This document shows positions 53,982-64,000 of a stretch of 64,000 nucleotides of DNA, one piece after another. A model generated the notes under the pieces. That model was not told where the DNA came from, did not search any database, and saw only the letters and a list, made by a program, of their open reading frames with translations. How positions within the stretch are numbered: position 1 is the stretch's first letter; each line of letters opens with the position of its first letter. Both the position numbers and the translations under genes were made by a program. This stretch comes from Octopus sinensis (taxonomy: Eukaryota), in assembly GCF_006345805.1 (NCBI RefSeq), contig NC_042999.1, positions 111,910,001 to 111,974,000 on the forward strand, written 5' to 3'.

Positions 53982-54183
53982 TCTGTATGTGCATGTTTGT
54001 GTGTCTGTCTCCCCAACATCGCTTGACAATCGATGCTAGTGTGTTTACGTCCCCGTAACTTAGCAGCTCGGCAAAAGAGACCGATAGAATAAGTACTAGG
54101 CTTACAAAGAATAAGTCCTGGGGTTGATTTGCTCCAGCATGGCCACATTCAAATGATTGAAACAAGTAAAAGAGTAAAGAGTA
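53776..54183 (+). mobile_element. SINE family B, full length
   Basis: aggcgtaggagtggctgtgtgg ... aaacaagtaaaagagtaaagagta, with an internal (TA)n. Confidence 0.9.
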
Positions 54184-54723
54184 GTTTTATAGGGAGAAAT
54201 GTATAATTCTATACAAATAAATACAGTAGTATGCTAATATAAAGTATGAAGCCACAAATTTATTTTAGATATGCTACGTTATCGCATCTGAATTTTATTT
54301 ACTTTCAGATCAACTGAATAGTTGTTTATGTTTTGGTCAAGAGAATTGCCATACAGGATATAAAACTCGTATTTTTAGCTACGATGTTTTTTCTTATAAC
54401 CGCTGTTAGCCACCAGGATTACCCACCACCGCTTTGGTTTTGTTGTCATCCATTCGTTGCATATAGCTGACAGGCAGATAAAAGTTTATTAACATTCCTT
54501 TCATCTTTCTAGAATTTTTCATTTAGCTCATTTAAAAAATAAAATGCTTCTTAAAGGTAACAGATTCATTAAATAATATAAGACACATATCAGACATGGG
54601 AAGGAGGTGTAATGAGATGATGTGGCTTCCCTACATAACTGCCGACCTATCATAAGCAAGTTTTCGTAAGTTTGTGCCAACAGTTTGTGATATTTTGACT
54701 TATTTTCAATATTTCGATAGGCA

Positions 54724-54880
54724 CGAGCGTAGCTATGTGATAAGAGGATTGATTCCCAATCACATAGTTCCGGGTTCAGCTCCGCTGCCTGGTACCTCAA
54801 GTGAGTGTTTCCTACTATACTTCGGGCCAACCAAAGCCTTGTGACTGGATTTGGTAGACGGAAACCGAAAGAAGCCTGTA
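54724..54880 (+). mobile_element. SINE family B, 5' half, diverged
   Basis: ttccgggttcagctccgctgc.tgg...cgggccaaccaaagccttgtga.tggatttggtagacggaaac. Confidence 0.7.
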
Positions 54881-54928
54881 GCGTGTGAGTATATATATAT
54901 ATATATTATATATATATATATAATATAT

Positions 54929-54969
<41 letters not shown>

Positions 54970-55125
54970 TATATTATATTATATTATATTATATATTATA
55001 TTATATCATATTATATTATATTATATTATATTACATTATATTATATTAGAGGAAAAATCAAAACCAAAGCAGAACGAGTATCTCAAGTCATTTAAAATAA
55101 GTTAATTAGGGAAAAGGGAACTCGA

Positions 55126-55203
55126 AATCTTACAGCCGTTTCTGGGATAACGGAAGCGGTAGGTGAGCATGTCCAGGCATTGGGCTTTTAGTCATCAGAG
55201 ACT
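55126..55203 (-). pseudogene. Decayed hammerhead motif of a Penelope-like repeat; 3'-half-only relative at 23230-23268
   Basis: AGUCU-CUGAUGA...GAAAC(GGCU)GUA/AGAUU: stems I and III are plausible, stem II is broken. Confidence 0.5.
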
Positions 55204-56121
55204 AGGTATGAATATTGTAGACAGGGAAACTTTACAGTTTACAAGGAATAAAATAGAATCGTAAAGGAGTAAATTGAAAAATAAAGAGTAAAAGTAGTTT
55301 GAGGAATTATAGTTTGAAGAATAAAGAGTAAAAGTAGTTTGAGAATAATGTTCACAACTCATCTTTTTCTAGAGGATATGGACGTTGGTCCGTACTTACA
55401 TGAAGGTACAGGTCATTAGTTAAAATCCTAGGTAAATCTAGGAGGTATTTTGGCAGTGTTTGAATGATGTATTCATATTATAAATGCGTATATAGAGCGA
55501 GAAAGTAAGATAGACATAAATGGGTTTTGTGAGTGGGTGTATATAGGGGAGAGAGAGGGGGAGAGGAGAAAGAGCGAGAGATGGAGGAGAATGAGAGAGA
55601 GAGAGGAGAGAGGAGAAAGGAATATAAATAAGCAACGAATTTCGAACGAGTGCTACACAGGTGAACGTAGGGCGGACGAGAGGATGTCACCCGAGGTTCT
55701 AGGTTTCTTGCGGGGATTTTAGTTTGTCTAAAAGTGGAAGGGTTAGAGTTTGTCTAGCAGTATTTGTATCAGCTTGCAAGGCTGAAGTTTCTGAGTTAGG
55801 TGTTAACAAGGAATAAGAATGTAATAGAAAGAACCAATTCTCAGCAAAAACAACAGAGAAGTTATAGCGGTCAATAAAAAGAACGTTTGGTAAATGATTA
55901 ATGAAATGACGAGAAAAGTGACTGTGGCTCATTGATTTTATATCACATTTAATGAAAAATATCGTCGTTGATCATAGGTTTCCAACAACGCAGTCACTGA
56001 TTCGCTGTGACAAGGGAGTGTCTGATACACACTTGAATAAATGATACAGGAATTTTAAAACGTGATACCGGCTGTTTTGTTTTCACTCTGACGTTTACAT
56101 CTTTCACCGATCTATATACGT

Positions 56122-56238
<117 letters not shown>

Positions 56239-56745
56239 AGTGTGTAGATAAATATACATATATTCGCACCGAAAGCATATATACATACATATAGAACTGA
56301 GGATGTGTGTGTGTATGTGTGTGTGTGTGTCTGTGATTTTCTCCAAACTGGGAACATACATTACTTATGTTCCAGAGATGGTTTTAGACTCTTAAAACTT
56401 TTCACATAATGACTAATGGGGTCCCTGGGGGCAGAAAACCCCCTTTCCTGGGGTACATATGACTGCTCATATGGTTCATACATTGCTTCTGTTCGAACTG
56501 GAAAAAAACAGCTACTGAAATGATATAAGTAGGTTGTATTATATGGATGAACCGATGTAGACTCCAAACTGTGTTGTCTCAGTAGTAGCAATAATAGCCT
56601 GTCCCCGTAGTACCTAAGATAGCAATTTGTTGGATTAAAAACCGTTTGGAACACACTATATTTATTAGGAAAAATATGCTATAATATGTTAAATCCTGAG
56701 CAACTATTCAACTATTTTCTTTTAGCTTCAGTATCAAAGTCTTCC

Positions 56746-57605
56746 TTCTAAGTATAGACGAAGCCCATACAGATATGCTTCGGCTATTGATTACAAACCG
56801 AAATATTGTATGTACATTAACCAACTAATTTATGGTGTCTAATACCCAAATACGTTTGTTAAAGACTGTGTCCTTAATGTGACCGTGCGTGCCCAGACGC
56901 TTCATGCAGAATTGTTTTCGTTTGGGAACTGAGTTGTCCTCACAAGGATCGTACGATGTTTACGCGAAGGTGTGCACGGTTGAGCCACGACTATCGATTC
57001 CCAACCACGTCATCAACCCAGTGTCACGTGACCCAACGACGTTTGTCAGAGAGCGTGTCCTTAATGTGACTTAGCGTACCCCGACGCTGCATTCAGAATT
57101 GTTTTCGCTTGGGAACTGAGTGGTTCTCACAAGGTCGCACGCTGTTTACACGAAGAATTGCACGGTTGGGCCACGTCTATTGATTTCAAACCAAAATATC
57201 ACATGACAGTGCTGTTTTCAAGCGCTTCCTTGCCACCACCACCACCAGCATCCCACTTATGACGTCATTTCTTTCATGTAGATTTCTGTCATGTGATGCT
57301 GTTGAGCGCGCTCATAGGTTTAATTTATCACATAGATGTAGTTCCTATGTCTACTGATTGTTCAGCGTGGTAGCAGCCGCAAAGGAGAGTATATCTACTG
57401 ATAGCTTTTGGGTGCGTTCAAAAATCACATACATCCACTACCATCACTTTTCCAAACAGACGCATGACATGTCACTTAATTGAATTAGTCCTTCATTTAC
57501 TTTACAAATGTTTTGTTGTCAATGCTGCACGTGTTACAACTTAACTGTACCATATATACAAATTATGGCATTTAAACCCCGAGCAACGCCGGGTATGACT
57601 GCTGG
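56746..57605 (+). mobile_element. Non-autonomous Helitron-like element with an internal 187-bp tandem repeat (5' boundary uncertain)
   Basis: Same 3' hairpin cccgagcaacgccggg as the 7296 element, ending CTGG (CTRR) then T. Repeat units start at 56868 and 57055. Confidence 0.65.
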
Positions 57606-59926
57606 TATATTATATAAAACAACTTAACATAATATTTAGCATGTATATATATATATATACATACATATATATATATATATACACACACATATATATATAT
57701 ATATATATATTACAGTAGTATCAGTGCCAAGCTGTGTTTAGGCATAAGCAAACTTAACGTTTGTTAAAATATGTTTGTGACATATTTTAACTTCTAAAGG
57801 CAAATTCACTGCAATCATAGTGTAGAAATTTCTATTATATGGTAAATAGGTGTAAAAACACTATAACTGTCCAGTGCTGCCCCCAACTACATCAGATTTC
57901 TAGTCATGTTTCTAGTTTTTTAGTCGTTATCAATGGGAAATACCGAAGAGTGACAACTCTGGACAGACGTTATCAAATCTGTAGCTTTAACTAAAATATA
58001 GTCAGTAATATTGACTATGTTGCGCCATTTGACCACCAGGTCAGAAAAAGTTACATCAGTACCAGCGACAAGCAGATTTTAGGCATGTGCGTGTGTATGA
58101 ATGTATGTATGTACGTGTGTGTGCGCGTGTGCGTGTGTGTGTGTATGCGCGTGTGTGTGTGTGTGCATCAACAAAGGCGTGATATATGCCAGCAAGTCGT
58201 CTCTGGAAAGACAAATCTCAACATGGTAGGATTTGAAATCATAAAACAATTAATTGGAACAAATATCGCAATGCATTGAATCAGATGTTACTATGGTTCT
58301 GCCTATTCCTTCTTCAGACACACATACGCACGTTTAGACACACATGTATGTATATATGCATGAAGGTATATTTGCATACTTGCTTGGTTACATACATGCT
58401 GACACGCATGTTTGCTTGGATGAGTGACAGTATGTTTGTGTGAATGTGTATGCATGTAAGACCACAGTTTTTGTCTTCTAAATTTCTTCCCACGGCACAG
58501 ATTAACTCGAGGCTTTAGTAGAGGACACTAACATCTTAACTACACAGCTATAGCGACTGAGATACGGGAAAAATTATACTGGTTCACTGCTACAGCAGTG
58601 ACTCACACAGTTAATTAGGTTGTGCGGAAATACCAGCAGGAAATTTGAACTCCTGACATTTGGGTATTACACCTTTACAAAGAGAAATACAGGTAGGTAA
58701 AAAGAATAAAACGGTAAATAGATAAAAAAAATTATTATACTGTATTAATTTCTCTAAAATACTTAGAAATGTCATGTAGTGTCAAACTTTAAGCTAAAAT
58801 TTCAAAATTCATCAACGAACTTAAGGGTCTGTTTAAATTTGGCTTGATATGATGGTAAGATGATGAAAATAGAGTGGTTTTAAAAATAAATATCAGCCTC
58901 GCTGGTTACAAAAATTTTAAATATTCGGAAAATATTCAAGCAGAAAAAATATTGAATAATTTTTGTAATTTTTTAAGAAGCAAAATAGCAAATAAAATAA
59001 GTAACATTAAGATATTTTAGTATAGAGTTCGCGGTTGTAAAAGAATTTAATTAAGAATTACATGAAAATATAAGTTTGTTGAGATGTTCTACAGAAAACA
59101 AAACTTATAATTCAATTTTTGAACTTAACAGAAAACGTAATTTAAGCGAAATTAATTAAAGCTTTGCAATTATGTATTTAAAAATATATACATACATACA
59201 CAAAACACACACACACATGTGTGTGTATTTTGTGATAGCCTCTTTCTTATTACAGAGATATAACCATTACAAATTTGCTAATTCCCCAGGCATGGCCCCT
59301 TAGATCACTTTCTGGTCTTGACTTTGTTTCAGTTCTTTTAAGACAAATGTAGAATAGAATTTTGTTAAGGATCTCAACAACAATGGCTCCGCCTTTGTGC
59401 ATTCGTCTAGAATATATTTTTAACCGGACAGTATATGAGCACAGCTGACCTAAAGTTCAGCCACTGCATGCATGTAAGAATCCCATTTTAGTCTCCAGGT
59501 GTTGCCGTGTATGTTTGGAAAAACTGGTTTTGAAAATGTAGTACAACCTAAAGACAATGCAGATAAGATGACCATCACCTTTGAGCCCTCTACCATACAG
59601 AACTTCAGGAACCTGTAGTTTTCGGATTTTACATTTCACTGTTTAATTGGCAATTCAACTTTTCTCAAAGTGCATGCTGTTGTTCCAGGTTACAGATAGC
59701 TTATGTTTTGTGCCAGATGTCCCGAGTTAACAGTGCTAATGATCAAGTTTAAGGTTGTCTCTTGTAACTTCAGGAACTCTTTTTGGATTTTACTGGGATC
59801 ACTTGCGGAGAACTAATTCAAAAATGCTTTGAAAGCCTAAAATCGTCAATAATCTAAAGCGTCAGATGACATGGCAACTTACCGCGAGGCAACCCTCTCC
59901 TTTCAAACATTTCTATTTTCGTATTA

Positions 59927-60063
59927 TGGCATAGTGGTTAAGAGCGCGGGCTACCAACCCCAAGATTCCGAGTTCGATTCCATGCAGTGATCTGAATAAT
60001 AATAATAATAATATAATAATAATAATAATAATAATATAATAATATAATAATGATATAATAATA

Positions 60064-60107
<44 letters not shown>

Positions 60108-60126
60108 TAATAATAATAATATAATA

Positions 60127-60177
<51 letters not shown>

Positions 60178-60360
60178 CAACAACAACAACAACAACAGCA
60201 ACAACACAGAAAAATACATTAGGAATGAGAACCCAGGTTCGAAATTTCCCCAAGACATCTGATGAAGGGTGGAGATTATATCAGCCGAAGCGTTGTGTTA
60301 ATAACAAACAAAATGAGGACAAATATCCGTCAATTGTAAATAATGTAAATAATGTACACA
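59927..60360 (+). mobile_element. tRNA-like head, (AAT)n/(AAC)n spacer and hammerhead-containing tail
   Basis: A-box TGGCATAGTGG (59927), B-box GAGTTCGATTC (59970), microsatellite 59995-60205, then GACAU-CUGAUGA-A-GGgUG..CAGCC-GAAg-CG-UU/GUGUU at 60254-60299. Confidence 0.6.
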
Positions 60361-60452
60361 ATTCCTCACCTCTGAAATATAGAACTTTATTGCCTATAGT
60401 TTTGTAATAGACATTGACTTCAGGAAAGATTACTTAGTTAATGGGCAGTGCT

Positions 60453-60521
<69 letters not shown>

Positions 60522-60789
60522 AATATATTGAGAGAGAGAGAGATTTATGTATGCACGTGTATGTTTACGTATATATATACATATACATATAGATATATAT
60601 ATATGCATATATACATGTATGTATATATGTATACATACACACACACACATATTCATATAAGTATAATGCCCATGAAAATAGCTGAGCCTAATTTTTTGGG
60701 TTCATTCCCAGTTCAATTCTTAATTCCCAATACGTGTTTCCAAATGTTTCATACCATTCCGTTATCGTACTTCTCTCCAACTCTTACTC

Positions 60790-60936
<147 letters not shown>

Positions 60937-61544
60937 CTCTCTTGCTTGCTCGCTTTGTCACTGTTTTTACTCTTATAAACGTTATCACCCGTTGAAGCTT
61001 TATTCCTTTGTTATTTTATCACATTACCTCTCTAATTCCCCAATTGTAGAGATTTATCTTCTTTACATTTCTCTCAAATTTTCATTACCTTTTGCTCTCA
61101 GTTGTTTTTTCATCCCTAACTTTATTTAACTGTCTGCCCATGACTGCTGACTCCCTGCCTGTGAATCTGCCACCGATTTATTATCTACCAAATCTACCAA
61201 TTTCTATAATGTTTACTCTGTCTCTCACTTCTTTCAGTACAGCTATCACATTATACTCCCTTCGCGGAAGGATTATTTGATATTTAAACGTCTTGATGTG
61301 CGCCATAACAACAAAATCTCATAGTTGATTACATAATACTAAAAGGCCACATCACCAGTCAAAGGACTAGATTGGCTTTTCATATACAGAAAGAAAATTA
61401 GGCTGAGAGAAAAAAAAAGCAAAGGGTATTCATCCATGAATAACACCTATACACGCATAAATGTTTATATGAGAAACAGACAGACACACAGAGAGAAAGA
61501 GAGTAGAGAGTAGACAAAAAATAGATAGATAGACAGACATACAA

Positions 61545-61582
<38 letters not shown>

Positions 61583-61585
61583 TGG

Positions 61586-61676
<91 letters not shown>

Positions 61677-62173
61677 AGTAGGTAGGTATGTAGGTATGTA
61701 CGTGGTTAGGTAAGTAAAATAAAATAAAATAACTACCGTCTGATTTCATTTCGAAAATGTCACCAGATTTTTAGTACGAACACAATAAATATCTGGAAGT
61801 TATAACGTTGTGTTCAGCTGAATAAATATTTTTTATTTATTTCCATTCCAAATGACATTTATTAAGGTAAAGCTGAAGGCTGTTTTAGCAAACTAAACAT
61901 GTTTGAAGATCAATGCAGTTTTTGATTACTAGATACTTTTGAGAGAACTGAAGAAGAAAAACGGAGCTCACCATGATAGCTGGAATTCACACCAAGTTCT
62001 TGATGTTGATGCAAAGGCCTGTACTTTCCAAGTCATTTTCTCCAATTGAAAACAAAGAAAATCCCAAAATATTTACACTCACGCTAACATAGACCCACAA
62101 TTATACATACGTACGCACATACATATGTGTGTATATATGTTTGTTTCTATTTCTATAGATCTGCCAATCTATT

Positions 62174-62255
<82 letters not shown>

Positions 62256-62432
62256 CATATATATATATGTATGTATACTTTTGTCTATGTATAATTATGT
62301 GTGTGTGTGTGGATGTTTGTAGATGTATGTTTGTGTGTGTATGTATATATATATATATACATACATACATACACACACACACATATATACACACACATAT
62401 ATATATAATATATATACATATATTATATATAC

Positions 62433-62484
<52 letters not shown>

Positions 62485-63175
62485 TATATATATGGTTGTG
62501 CGTGTGTAACTGTGATGTATCGCTTCATGTTTTATGTGTATGCAAGTATGAGATTTGAAGGACTTTTGTTTGTATTGTTTCAATTATTTTTTTTCGCTTG
62601 TGTGTGTGCGCGAGGTAGAAAGAGAGAGAATGTATGTATGTATGTATGTATGTATGTATGTATGTATGTATGTATGTATGTATACGTGAGTATTTGGCTG
62701 TGTGCGTACGTTCTTTAACGTGTCATATGTTATTGTTACAGTACTTTTATTTTATACTTTTCTTTGTTTTTGCTTGTGTTGTTGATTTTAATTTCTTTTT
62801 TCTTTGTTTCTTCTGTGTGTTTAATGTAAAGTTTAAGTGTCAGAAACATGACTTGGAATTCCAAAAACATTCAATAAAGTTTATCAAGTTATAAAACTCC
62901 AGAGAAGTTGATTATTTGTAACGTCCATACCGTATGTAGTGATCTTAGAGCGAACGAGAGAGAGAGAGAGAGAAGGGAAGAGAAAAAGAGCGGTCTACGC
63001 ACAGAAGTAAATAAGACAGAAACCCAAAATTGGTGTTGTTCTTGCTGTTTAGCTCTAAGTCAACCTTAATCTAATGGACACATAATCGAAGACAATCCAC
63101 CTTGGCTATGTCATCATGTTTTCAGATACATTGTATCCAGGACCACAAAATTTCAATCTTACTTCTCCAAGACAG

Positions 63176-63993
63176 ATTCAAAGGAAAATAGCCCTGTTAT
63201 CTATAGCAGGGCGATCGATCACGTTATAAGCAAGTGCTTGTTAACACCCTTTTTGTCGGTTTTTTTTTTGGGTTTTTTGCTTGATTTTCTTTCTATTGTA
63301 TGCATTTTTAATTCTGCCCCCATCATACATGGTCCAATTAGCTTCATCGTTGTTGTAACATATAGCTCTATCGATAATCATGTTTATTATTGATTTCAAA
63401 TTTCGGCACAGAGCCACACCAGTTTTGGGGGAGAGGATAAGTCGAATACATCGACGCCAGTGTTCAACTGGTACTTATTTTACCGACCCCGAAATGATGA
63501 AAAGGTAAAGTCAACCTCGGCGGAATTTGAACTCAGAACGCAGAGACAGACAAATGTCGCTAAGTATTTTTCCCGACATGCTAACGATTCTGCCAGCTCA
63601 CCGCCTTAATCATGCCCTGTCATTTACACTCAGACATGGGAGATCTGAATGGGTTTAGTATAGATGCATAATGTTTAAAAGAAATTAGGTAAGAACTTGC
63701 TTTTGTCCTCAGTTGTCAAGTTCCTTCTTGCTTCGTTATCTTTATTTCCGTCAGAAGAACAATGAGCGAGTTTGAATGGAGAGGAAAGGTAACTCTTACA
63801 CATCAAAGCAATTGATGTCTAATTTGAATATCTGGGATCGAATGGGGAGGTCCTTTCAGGAGATGGAAAATATGAAGCAGGGAAAGTAACTCCAGAGCAT
63901 TGTATGTCTAAGGAGAAAAGGATGTTAACAAGCAGTTGCTTATAACATGATCGATCGCCCTGCTAAAGATAACGAGGAGATTTTCTTTTGAAT
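63176..63993. mobile_element. Non-autonomous element with about 80-bp inverted termini, containing a SINE A insertion
   Basis: gttatctatagcagggcgatcgatcacgttataagcaa.tgcttgttaaca is mirrored by tgttaacaagcagttgcttataacatgatcgatcgccctgctaaagataac. Confidence 0.8.
63391..63607 (-). mobile_element. SINE family A, tail type 2
   Basis: tttcaaatttcggcaca...ttgggggagaggataagtcga...ctcggcggaatttgaactcagaacg...ctgccagctcaccgcct. Confidence 0.85.
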
Positions 63994-64000
63994 TATATAC

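Noticed and set aside
59927-59994. Functional tRNA gene
   Set aside because: A and B boxes are present but the acceptor and anticodon stems do not pair properly; treated as a SINE-type head.

Overview
AT-rich, microsatellite-saturated eukaryotic DNA with no host protein-coding gene, rRNA, intact tRNA gene or CRISPR array that I can support. The SINE families and repeat landscape look like those I associate with Octopus (coleoid cephalopod) genomes; this is pattern recognition, not a database result. Most ORFs in the supplied track are translated microsatellites. The real content is a transposon graveyard: two full-length decayed mariners, several MITEs, two non-autonomous Helitrons, RTE, R4/Dong and Tx1 LINE fragments, and about 25 SINE copies from about 4 families. 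Strongest observations: (1) many type I hammerhead ribozyme motifs from at least 6 unrelated repeat families, probably Penelope-like, several with intact cores and often in fold-back arrangements; (2) a tRNA-headed element with a hammerhead-containing tail; (3) a young Tx1 LINE and two sister 3' ends clustered in one (GATA)n array, sharing their 3' tail with a tRNA-derived SINE subfamily; (4) an RTE ORF ending in three C2H2 zinc fingers; (5) several long near-perfect palindromes. All alignments and RNA folds were done by eye, so boundaries are approximate unless a terminal motif is quoted.
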